Of a stretch of 24,000 nucleotides of DNA, positions 1 through 7,395 are shown one piece after another (the stretch's first letter is position 1; each line of letters starts with the position of its first letter). Under the pieces are notes generated by a model. The model did not search any database and was not told where the DNA came from. It saw only the letters and a program-made list of their open reading frames with translations. This DNA is from Ferrovibrionaceae bacterium (lineage in GTDB: Bacteria > Pseudomonadota > Alphaproteobacteria > Ferrovibrionales > Ferrovibrionaceae). Made by a program: the position numbers and the translations under genes. The stretch spans positions 15,130-39,129 of the forward strand of contig JBJKQL010000066.1 in the NCBI GenBank assembly GCA_046705265.1, in the 5' to 3' direction.

Positions 1-1
1 G

Positions 2-382
2 GCCAGGCCGGCGACGCTCACGCTCCCAGGGCGCGAGATGACCGTGCCGCGCGTCGCCACGGGTGTCGCGTGGTTCACTTTCGACGAGCTTTGCGCGAGC
101 CAGGACTTCGGTCCAGCCGATTATCTGACGCTTGCCCATGAGTACCACACCGTTATCCTCGAGGCGGTGCCGCGGCTCGCGCCGCATCAGCGCAACGAGG
201 CGAAACGCTTCAACACCTTCATCGACGCGCTTTACGATGTTCACGGCCGGCTCATCGTTTCCGCCGACGGGCCACCCGACGCGCTTTATCCGCAAGGCGA
301 TGGCAGCATTGAATTCCACCGCACGGTGTCGCGCCTGATCGAGATGCAGAGCGCCGACTACATACTGGGCACAAAAAGCTAG
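2..382 (+). CDS. zapE: ZapE/AFG1-family ATPase, C-terminal fragment (5' end lies outside the window)
   Basis: The reading frame is open from the window edge. The C-terminal motifs FTFDELC, DYLTLA, RFNTFIDALYD and EFHRTVSRLIEMQS are typical of the AFG1/ZapE C-terminus. Confidence 0.75.
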   Translation, partial: ARPATLTLPGREMTVPRVATGVAWFTFDELCASQDFGPADYLTLAHEYHTVILEAVPRLAPHQRNEAKRFNTFIDALYDVHGRLIVSADGPPDALYPQGDGSIEFHRTVSRLIEMQSADYILGTKS

Positions 383-1623
383 AGCACCTCGCCCTTCAAA
401 AGCCGCGGTAGCTCGCCGATGGTGCCGCGCGCGTGACGCATGAAAAATCGTTTCAAGGGCGGCATGCGATTGACCGCCGCCAACCCAAGATCACGGGCCA
501 GGCGAACTGGCGCGATGGGGTTCGAAAAAAGCCGGTTCAACCCGTCGGTGATGCCGGCGAACAAGAGATTGTCGAATCGCCGCCAGCGCTGGTAGCGCTC
601 GAGCACGGGAAGCCCGCCGATGTCGAGACCAAGCCTTGTCGCGTCTGCCGCCACTTCGGCAAGCGCCGCCACATCGCGGAGCCCGAGATTGAGCCCCTGG
701 CCGGCAATCGGATGGATGAGATGGGCGGCATCGCCGATCAGAGCGAGGCGCGGCCGGACGTAGGTCTCGGCGAGATGGAAGCCGAGCGGATAGCGCCAGC
801 GCGGCCCGACCGGCGTCAAGGGGCCGAGGTAGTCGCCGAAGCGGGCTTCGAGTTCAGCCTGAAAGCCGGCGTCACCGAGCGCCATGATCGTGGGTGCCAG
901 ATCTGCCCGCTCGGTCCACACCAGCGAGACGCGGTTTTCGGTCAGGGGCAGGATGGCAAAGGGCCCGGCGGGCAGGAAGCGCTCCTCGGCGATGCCGTAG
1001 TGGGGCCGCTCGTGCTTGACGGTACAGACGATCCCGTCCTGCGGATAGCGCCAGCCGAAGGAGCGGATGTCCGCCGCGCGCCGGATCGGCGAATCCTTGC
1101 CATCGGCGGCGACGACAAGAGGCGCCCGCAAGCGCCGGCCATTGGCGAGATGGACTTCGGCCGTGGTTTCGCCGCAGTTCACCGCGCGGACCTCGGCCGG
1201 CGCGATCAGCTGGACGGCGGGCGCTTCCTCGAGCGCCGCGTAAAGCGCGCGGCGCATGACGCGGTTTTCCACCATGTGGCCGAAGGGCGCGTCGCCGATC
1301 TCGGTATGGTCGTAATGGAGGAAAAGCGGTGATTCATCGTCGGAGACGCGGATTTCCCGGATCGGCTCGGCCTCCGCCACGTGGTGCCAGATGCCGAGCC
1401 CTTCAAGCGCGCGGCAGCTGGCGTAGGCGATCGCCGAGGCGCGGCCGTCGAAAGCCTCGTCGACGAAGGCGGCGGGAGCGGCGCGATCGATCACCGCCGG
1501 GCTCAGGCCGGCCTTGGCGAAAGCGAGGCCGAGGGTAAGCCCGATCAGCCCGCCGCCGACAATGACCACGTCGGCCACCGCCGCGGCGTGGCCCGAGACC
1601 GAGGGTGAGGAAGGGCGGGTCAT
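379..1623 (-). CDS. FAD-dependent monooxygenase, UbiH/UbiF/VisC/COQ6 ubiquinone hydroxylase family
   Basis: 414 aa. Has an N-terminal GxGxxG motif (VVIVGGGLIGLTLG), a DG..S..R motif (AADGKDSPIRR) and the GDAAHLIHPIAGQGLNLGLRD flavin monooxygenase fingerprint. Confidence 0.85.
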   Translation of the reverse strand: MTRPSSPSVSGHAAAVADVVIVGGGLIGLTLGLAFAKAGLSPAVIDRAAPAAFVDEAFDGRASAIAYASCRALEGLGIWHHVAEAEPIREIRVSDDESPLFLHYDHTEIGDAPFGHMVENRVMRRALYAALEEAPAVQLIAPAEVRAVNCGETTAEVHLANGRRLRAPLVVAADGKDSPIRRAADIRSFGWRYPQDGIVCTVKHERPHYGIAEERFLPAGPFAILPLTENRVSLVWTERADLAPTIMALGDAGFQAELEARFGDYLGPLTPVGPRWRYPLGFHLAETYVRPRLALIGDAAHLIHPIAGQGLNLGLRDVAALAEVAADATRLGLDIGGLPVLERYQRWRRFDNLLFAGITDGLNRLFSNPIAPVRLARDLGLAAVNRMPPLKRFFMRHARGTIGELPRLLKGEVL

Positions 1624-1903
1624 AGTGCTAACTTCGACGGCGGCCTCGTCTTTGTAAAGCCTTCGGCGATGGAATGTTTCGCTGAATTGTTTGTTCTTGC
1701 GTCGGGAATGCGTAAAAAATGAGCAGAGGCGAACGCCGTGGCGTCATTCCGCCGCATCGATCCGGTGTTTTCTATTGTTTTGGCCAACCGGCACGCTTCT
1801 TGATTAATGCGGTAGTCGAGGCTCGCTCAGAGCCGGCTGACGAAGGGCAAATCCAGGATCGGTCCCTCGGATCGTTCCCACAGGCGTTAAGGAAGGATGT
1901 GAC

Positions 1904-2242
1904 ATGAAGTTCATCGTCGCGGTGATCAAGCCGTTCAAGTTGGATGAAGTCCGGGAAGCCCTGACCAAGATCGGTGTGCCCGGCATGATGGTGACGGAAA
2001 TCAAGGGCTTCGGCCGCCAGAAAGGACATACGGAGATCTATCGCGGCGCCGAATATTCGGTGAATTTCGTGCCCAAGCTGAAGATCGAGGTCGCGGTGCC
2101 GTCCGATCTCGCGCCGACCGTGACGGAAGCCATCCAGACCGCTGCGAAGACGGGGCAGATCGGCGATGGCAAGCTGTTCGTGCTCGACCTTGAAAACGCG
2201 GTCCGCATCCGCACCGGCGAAACCGACGATGACGCCTTGTAA
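1904..2242 (+). CDS. PII nitrogen regulatory protein (GlnB/GlnK family)
   Basis: 112 aa starting MKFIVAVIKPFKLDEV. The T-loop GRQKGHTEIYRGAEY carries Tyr51. SD AAGGAAGGA lies 5-6 nt upstream of the ATG. Confidence 0.95.
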   Translation: MKFIVAVIKPFKLDEVREALTKIGVPGMMVTEIKGFGRQKGHTEIYRGAEYSVNFVPKLKIEVAVPSDLAPTVTEAIQTAAKTGQIGDGKLFVLDLENAVRIRTGETDDDAL

Positions 2243-2249
2243 GGCGTCA
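2230..2249 (+). terminator. Perfect 9-bp inverted repeat (TGACGCCTT-GT-AAGGCGTCA) enclosing the PII stop codon; possible terminator or 3' stabiliser stem-loop without a U-tract
   Basis: Read directly from the sequence. The TAA stop at 2240-2242 sits at the centre of the repeat. No T-run follows. Confidence 0.3.
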
Positions 2250-2328
2250 CGTGAAACGCGGGGGCACGATATCAACGCAAAATATAAGGGTATTGGTTGG
2301 TTTGCCCCGCAAAATTTAGGGAGGCAGC

Positions 2329-2357
2329 TTGAGTCACCCTGTGCCAAAGGTTAGAAT
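2329..2357 (+). promoter_or_regulatory. Sigma70-like promoter candidate, TTGAGT-17 nt-TAGAAT, upstream of the aminotransferase gene
   Basis: The hexamers and 17-nt spacer were read directly. The site lies in a locally AT-richer intergenic stretch about 85 nt upstream of ATG 2441. Confidence 0.35.
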
Positions 2358-2440
2358 CCGCGGCCGTGCTGCGGACGCTCGTGCCGGGCGCTCGGGCTTG
2401 GACACGGAGATCGGGCGGCATCCGGGCCGGACAGGGTTTC

Positions 2441-3634
2441 ATGCGCAATCCACGACTGGCTGTTCTCCAGAACTACCCGTTTCAGCGGCTGCGGGATCTT
2501 TTGGCGCCGCTCGCGCCCGCCAAGGGCCGCGAGCCGATCACCATGGCGCTTGGCGAGCCGCGCCATCCGGTGCCGGCGCTGCTCGGCGATGTGCTGGAGC
2601 AGAACCGCGCGCTCTATAACGTCTATCCGCCGCTCGCCGGCACGCCCGAATTCCGCGCCGCCGTCGGCGCCTGGCTGACGCGGCGCTACTGCCTGCCGGC
2701 CGGCATGATCGAGCCCGAGCGCCACATCCTGCCGGTGAGCGGCACCCGCGAGGCGCTGTTCATGATTGCGCAGGTGGCGGTGCCGGTGGAAAAGGCCGGC
2801 ATGCGGCCGGCGATCGCCATGCCGGATCCGTTCTATCAGTGCTATATCGGGGCTGCGGTTGCTGCCGGGGCCGAGCCGGCCTTCGTTCCCGCGGTGGCGG
2901 AGAACGGATTCCTGCCGGATTTCGCCGCACTTGACGAAGCGGTGCTCGATCGCGTCGCGCTGGTCTATCTGTGCTCGCCCGCCAATCCGCAAGGCGCGGT
3001 CGCCGATCTCGATTACCTGCAAGCGCTGATCCGCCTCGCGCGGCGGCACGATTTTCTTCTCGTCGTCGACGAGTGCTACGCCGAAATCTATTGCGACGCG
3101 CCGCCGCCCGGCGCGCTCGAAGCTTGCGCCCGGCTCGGCGGCGACATGAAGAATGTAATGGTGTTCCATTCGCTCTCCAAGCGCTCGAGCGCGCCGGGGC
3201 TGCGGTCTGGCTTCTGCGCCGGCGACGCCGCGGTGATGCAGGATTTCGCGCGGCTGCGGAGCTATGGCGCGGCCGGGATGCCGCTCCCCGTCCTTGCCGC
3301 CTCCGCTGCGCTGTGGCAGGAAGAAAGCCATGTCGCGGCCAATCGCGCGCTTTATCAGGAAAAGTTCCGCGTCGCGGAGTCGATTCTCGGTAATCGCTTC
3401 GGTTTTCGCCGGCCGGCCGGCGGTTTTTTTCTCTGGCTCGACGTCGGTGACGGCGAGGAAGCGGCGAAGCGGCTTTATACGCAAGCGGCGCTGACCGTTC
3501 TCCCCGGCCGGTACATGACCTTCGAGAACGGCCATAGCGCGGTCGCGGGCAGCCCCTATGTGCGGCTCGCGCTGGTGCATGACGCGGCGACCACCCGGGA
3601 CGCTCTGGAGCGGTTCCGCGACACCTTGGGTTGA
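2441..3634 (+). CDS. Class I/II PLP-dependent aminotransferase; the N-terminus and Lys motif resemble the DapC-type succinyldiaminopimelate transaminase family
   Basis: The ORF is open from GTG 2366, but ATG 2441 (MRNPRLAVLQNYPFQRLRDLL) is preceded by AGGG and gives a typical 397-aa length. The PLP-lysine motif is FHSLSKRSSAPGLRSGF. Confidence 0.8.
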   Translation: MRNPRLAVLQNYPFQRLRDLLAPLAPAKGREPITMALGEPRHPVPALLGDVLEQNRALYNVYPPLAGTPEFRAAVGAWLTRRYCLPAGMIEPERHILPVSGTREALFMIAQVAVPVEKAGMRPAIAMPDPFYQCYIGAAVAAGAEPAFVPAVAENGFLPDFAALDEAVLDRVALVYLCSPANPQGAVADLDYLQALIRLARRHDFLLVVDECYAEIYCDAPPPGALEACARLGGDMKNVMVFHSLSKRSSAPGLRSGFCAGDAAVMQDFARLRSYGAAGMPLPVLAASAALWQEESHVAANRALYQEKFRVAESILGNRFGFRRPAGGFFLWLDVGDGEEAAKRLYTQAALTVLPGRYMTFENGHSAVAGSPYVRLALVHDAATTRDALERFRDTLG

Positions 3635-3651
3635 CGAGCGGAGACCGGTCA

Positions 3652-5997
3652 ATGGCGGATAGGATCGGCACGGCGCGTGGATTCTCGGTCTTTCCGCCTG
3701 CGGCGAAGGAATTTCTCAGGCGCCGCACGGTGGAATTGGGCGGCTTTGGCCTGTTGCTCGTGGCCGTGATTCTCGGCGGCGCGCTCGCCACCTATCATGT
3801 CACCGATCGCAGCTTCGACGTCGCGGCGACCGGTCCGGTGCAGAACGCATTCGGCCCATTCGGCGCCGATCTCGCTGATCTTCTTTGGCAGACGTTTGGG
3901 CTGGCGGCTGCCGGCCTGGTCATCGGGCTTGCGGTTTGGGCGGTCGAGATCGTGTTGCACCAGGCCCTTCGCTGGCGCCGCCGGGCGCTGGCGATGATCG
4001 GGTTTCTGGTTTTCGCCGGTATCGCCCTCGCGGCGATCCCGGAAGACTTGGTGATGGCGCTTCCGGCCGGGCTCGGCGGCGCTTTCGGCATCCTGGTCTG
4101 GCGCGATTTGGTGATGCCGGCGACGGCGGCGGTGCCGCCGGCCCGCCCGCTCCTCGCGCTCGGCTTTGGCGCGCTGGCGCTGACGCTTCTTAGCCTCTCG
4201 CTCGGCATCGGCAGGCGGGGCTGGCAACGCGCCTTCGATCTTCTCCGTTTTCTCGGCCGTTCTCTCGTCGTCTTCATCGCCTTCACCACGGCGCGGAAGG
4301 CGAAACCGGTCTTGGCGCGGGCGGCAAAGGAGGCGGCCGTCCGCCGCGAGCCGGTGATCGAAAGCGGGCCGCCGCGCGAGCGCAAGGAGCCCGAGCTTCG
4401 CGCGAGTCCGCCAAAGGCATCGCCGTCCGCTTCAGCGCGGCCGGCGCGCGAAAAACCGGCCGCGCTGCAGCCGACGCTCGATCTCCAACCGAGCGGCGAA
4501 TATCATCTGCCGCCGCTCAATCTGCTCGCCGCGGCGCCGCGGAACGCCCGCAATGAGACGGCGAGCCCGGAGGCGCTACGCCAGAACGCGAAGCTGTTGT
4601 CGACCGTGCTCGAGGATTTTGGCGTCCGCGGCGAGATCAGGAGCGTTAAGCCGGGACCGGTGGTGACGCTCTACGAGCTCGAGCCGGCGCCGGGCACGAA
4701 ATCCTCGCGCATCATCGGCCTTTCCGACGATATTGCGCGCTCGATGAGCGCCGTTTCGGCCCGCGTCGCGGTGATTCCCGGGCGCAACGCGATCGGCATC
4801 GAGCTCCCCAACGCGAGCCGCGAGATCGTCTATCTCTCCGAACTCCTGGCCTCACCGCAATACGAGAACACGGCGGCGCGCCTTACCTTGGCGCTGGGCA
4901 AGGACATCGGCGGACAGCCGGTCACCGTCGATCTCGCCCGCATGCCGCATTTGCTCATTGCCGGCACCACCGGCTCGGGCAAGTCGGTCGCGATCAACAC
5001 CATGATTCTCTCGCTGCTCTATCGCATGCCGCCGGAGCAGTGCCGCTTTATCATGATCGATCCGAAGATGCTGGAGCTTTCCGCCTATGACGGCATTCCG
5101 CATCTCCTGACGCCGGTAGTGACCAATCCCTCGAAGGCGGTGGTGGCGCTGAAATGGATCGTGCGCGAGATGGAGGACCGCTATCGCAAGATGTCGGAGC
5201 TCGGTGTGCGCAACATCGCTGGCTACAACCTTCGCCTCGCCGAGGCGCGGCGCAAAGGCGAGCAGCTTTCGCGCACGGTGCAGACTGGGTTCGACCCCGA
5301 TTCCGGCGAGCCGATCTTCGAGGCGCGACCCCTTGATCTGCAATCCCTGCCGATGATCGTCGTCATCGTCGATGAGATGGCGGACCTGATGCTGGTCGCC
5401 GGCAAGGACATCGAGGCCTCGGTGCAGCGGCTGTCGCAGATGGCGCGCGCCGCCGGCATCCATCTCATCATGGCAACGCAGCGACCTTCGGTCGACGTCA
5501 TCACCGGCACCATCAAGGCGAATTTCCCCTGCCGCATCAGCTTTCAGGTGACGTCGAAGATCGACAGCCGCACCATCTTGGGCGAGCCTGGTGCCGAGCA
5601 GCTCCTCGGCCAGGGCGACATGCTCTACATGCCCTCCGCCGGGCGCATCACCCGTGTGCATGCGCCTTTCGTCTCGGATCAGGAGGTAGAAAAAGTGGTG
5701 CGCTTCCTCAAAGCCCAGGGCGAGCCGGTTTATATCGAGCAAGTGACGGCGGAGCCCGAGGACAATCTACCTTTCGGCGGCGGCGATCCGGCGGACGAGC
5801 TTTACGACCAGGCGGTGGCTTTGATCACGCGCGAGCGGAAGGCCTCGACCAGCTTCATCCAGCGGCACTTGCAGATCGGCTACAACCGCGCCGCCCGCAT
5901 CATCGAGCGCATGGAGGCGGAAGGTGTGGTGAGCCCGGCGAACCACGTCGGCAAGCGCGAGGTGCTGGCCCGCGACATCGACGACCGCGAAAGCTGA
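3652..5997 (+). CDS. ftsK: DNA translocase FtsK
   Basis: Has N-terminal TM helices, a Pro/Ala-rich linker and Walker A GTTGSGKS. The motor region includes IVVIVDEMADLM and MATQRPSVDVITG. The C-terminal gamma winged helix is ASTSFIQRHLQIGYNRAARIIERME. ATG 3652 has GGAGA 7 nt upstream. Confidence 0.95.
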   Translation: MADRIGTARGFSVFPPAAKEFLRRRTVELGGFGLLLVAVILGGALATYHVTDRSFDVAATGPVQNAFGPFGADLADLLWQTFGLAAAGLVIGLAVWAVEIVLHQALRWRRRALAMIGFLVFAGIALAAIPEDLVMALPAGLGGAFGILVWRDLVMPATAAVPPARPLLALGFGALALTLLSLSLGIGRRGWQRAFDLLRFLGRSLVVFIAFTTARKAKPVLARAAKEAAVRREPVIESGPPRERKEPELRASPPKASPSASARPAREKPAALQPTLDLQPSGEYHLPPLNLLAAAPRNARNETASPEALRQNAKLLSTVLEDFGVRGEIRSVKPGPVVTLYELEPAPGTKSSRIIGLSDDIARSMSAVSARVAVIPGRNAIGIELPNASREIVYLSELLASPQYENTAARLTLALGKDIGGQPVTVDLARMPHLLIAGTTGSGKSVAINTMILSLLYRMPPEQCRFIMIDPKMLELSAYDGIPHLLTPVVTNPSKAVVALKWIVREMEDRYRKMSELGVRNIAGYNLRLAEARRKGEQLSRTVQTGFDPDSGEPIFEARPLDLQSLPMIVVIVDEMADLMLVAGKDIEASVQRLSQMARAAGIHLIMATQRPSVDVITGTIKANFPCRISFQVTSKIDSRTILGEPGAEQLLGQGDMLYMPSAGRITRVHAPFVSDQEVEKVVRFLKAQGEPVYIEQVTAEPEDNLPFGGGDPADELYDQAVALITRERKASTSFIQRHLQIGYNRAARIIERMEAEGVVSPANHVGKREVLARDIDDRES

Positions 5998-6115
5998 GTG
6001 GGGACGGACGGGCATTTCTTTCCGAGCTTGGGATAGGCGTGGCAAGCAGCGATGGGAAAGCCGCCGGCCGAGGCCGCCATCGGGCTTCGGACGCGAGATC
6101 AGATTCCGGCCTTCG

Positions 6116-7309
6116 TCATGACGGCTCTGGCCCGGTATAGACGGCGCGCGGGCGGATCAACTGCCCTTGCGTCCGCTGCTCTAGAGCATGGGCAATCCAT
6201 CCGATCGATCGGCCGAGCGCAAAGAGACCGAAGGCGCTGCCCTCGGGCAATCCCAAGTGGCGCCGCAGGGCGACCAGGGCAAAGTCGAGCGACGGCTTGC
6301 GGCCGGTCAATTGCTCGGCGGCGTCGGTGAGCGCGCGCGCCGCGGAAAAATCCGACGCAATGTGGGCGAGCAGTGCTTTCGCCCGGGGGTCGCCGTCGGG
6401 GTAAAGCCGATGGCCGAAGCCGGGCAGCGCCTCGCCGGCGGCAAGGCGGCGGCGGAGCGCGGTCACCGGATCATCGTCGGCCAGTCCAGCCCAGAAATGT
6501 TCGACGCGGAGCGTCATGCCGCCATGGCGACCGCCGGTGAGAGCGGTGAGACCGCCAATCACCGCGGCGCGGAGGCTCGCGCCCGTCGAGGCGACGCAGC
6601 GCGCGGTGAAGGTCGAGGCGTTCAATTCATGGTCGGCGCAAAGGATCAGCGCCATGCGGACGAGTTCGGCCCCTTCTTGATCGAGCCGCCATGCCTTGGC
6701 GAGCTGCCGATGGAGGGGCGCGGCGTCGGGCGGTGTGTTCGCCATCAGCGACAACAAGGCTCTGACAAGAGCGCCGCACCCTTCGGCGAGACGTCCAGGA
6801 TCGTCCTGCCAGGCCGCTGCCGCATCGTCGCTGGTGACGGCGGAAAAAAGCGTTACCAACGCCTCTTCCCGCGGCACATGCCGGCTACCTTCGGCAAGCG
6901 CGCCGATGGTCGGCGGCAAGGCGGGCGGCGTGGGGGGAAACGCCGCCGTCACGGGCAAATCCCATAACAGCGCTGCGGCATCCTCGGCTGTGGCGGCTTG
7001 TGCCAGTTCCACCGCGTCGACCCCGCGGTAATAAAGCCGCTGGTCGCGGATGAGGGTTATCGCCGACTCCAGAGCCGGCAGGCCCCAATCGAGCGTTGCC
7101 CTGGCGATTTCCCTGGGCCGCCGCCCGCGATGGCGCTCTGCCGCCAAACGCTCGATATCTTCGGTCGCATAGCGGCGTTTGCGGGGATCGCCGGCCTCGT
7201 GAGAACGCAGCAGGCCGCGGCTCACATAGGCATAAAGCGTTTGCCGCGAGATGCCGAGCCGTCGCGCCGCTTTTTTCGCCGAAAGGTAATCCGGCTCCTT
7301 CACGTCCAA
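6116..7309 (-). CDS. Fusion protein: N-terminal MerR/excisionase-type HTH plus a citrate synthase-like domain
   Basis: The HTH is LSAKKAARRLGISRQTLYAYVSRGLL. Citrate synthase motifs are LYYRGVDAVELA, LILCADHELNASTF, GGRHGG, GFGHRLYPDGDPRA, SLDFAL and IRPRAVYTG. Only TTG (7309) or GTG (7303) start codons are available, so the start is uncertain. Confidence 0.8.
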   Translation of the reverse strand: MDVKEPDYLSAKKAARRLGISRQTLYAYVSRGLLRSHEAGDPRKRRYATEDIERLAAERHRGRRPREIARATLDWGLPALESAITLIRDQRLYYRGVDAVELAQAATAEDAAALLWDLPVTAAFPPTPPALPPTIGALAEGSRHVPREEALVTLFSAVTSDDAAAAWQDDPGRLAEGCGALVRALLSLMANTPPDAAPLHRQLAKAWRLDQEGAELVRMALILCADHELNASTFTARCVASTGASLRAAVIGGLTALTGGRHGGMTLRVEHFWAGLADDDPVTALRRRLAAGEALPGFGHRLYPDGDPRAKALLAHIASDFSAARALTDAAEQLTGRKPSLDFALVALRRHLGLPEGSAFGLFALGRSIGWIAHALEQRTQGQLIRPRAVYTGPEPS

Positions 7310-7318
7310 ATATATATA

Positions 7319-7335
7319 TTGATTAAGTTAATCAA
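7319..7335. promoter_or_regulatory. Perfect 8-1-8 palindrome TTGATTAA-G-TTAATCAA in the 86-bp divergent intergenic region; candidate operator, with each half-site also reading as a -35-like TTGATT
   Basis: Read directly. The palindrome is flanked by a (TA)n run at 7311-7319. On the + strand TTGATT-18 nt-TATAGC spans 7319-7348. On the - strand TTGATT (7335-7330) is followed by TATATT/TATTTG. Confidence 0.5.
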
Positions 7336-7395
7336 GATTGACTATAGCCAAAACGCGGCGTGACGTATAGCCGTTATTCACGGCTAGGGCGTCCG

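Noticed and set aside
1789-1804. Sigma54-like element CGGCACGCTTCTTGAT about 100 nt upstream of the PII gene
   Set aside because: The spacing matches TGGCAC-N5-TTGC, but the -12 element reads TTGA instead of TTGC, the first T is missing, and no clear NtrC-type enhancer repeats were seen. It is too degenerate to call without experimental TSS data.
1857-1880. Direct repeat GGATCGGTCCC-TC-GGATCGTTCCC in the PII leader, and a similar GATCGGA(A/C)C pair at about 15885-15920
   Set aside because: The repeats are short and imperfect, and the two loci differ in orientation and spacing. There is no evidence of a shared repeat family or binding site, so they are likely chance.
1719-1907. 62-aa ORF ending in an ATGA overlap with the PII start, as a possible coupled upstream ORF
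   Set aside because: Third-position G+C is only about 55% by hand count, against the very GC-rich third positions of the real genes here. The ORF spans the SD and promoter region and has no SD of its own. It is most likely a chance ORF in intergenic DNA.
2258-2310. GCGGGGGCA ... TGCCCCGC inverted repeat followed by AAAATTT, as a possible PII terminator
   Set aside because: The loop would be about 36 nt, the stem has a bulge, and no U-run follows on the + strand. It is not a credible intrinsic terminator.
5998-6115. GC-rich imperfect repeats between convergent ftsK and the citrate-synthase-like gene, as a bidirectional terminator
   Set aside because: Only short, interrupted pairings (AAGCC/GGCTT, GGCC/GGCC) could be found, and there are no flanking T or A runs. 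No stable hairpin can be supported by eye.
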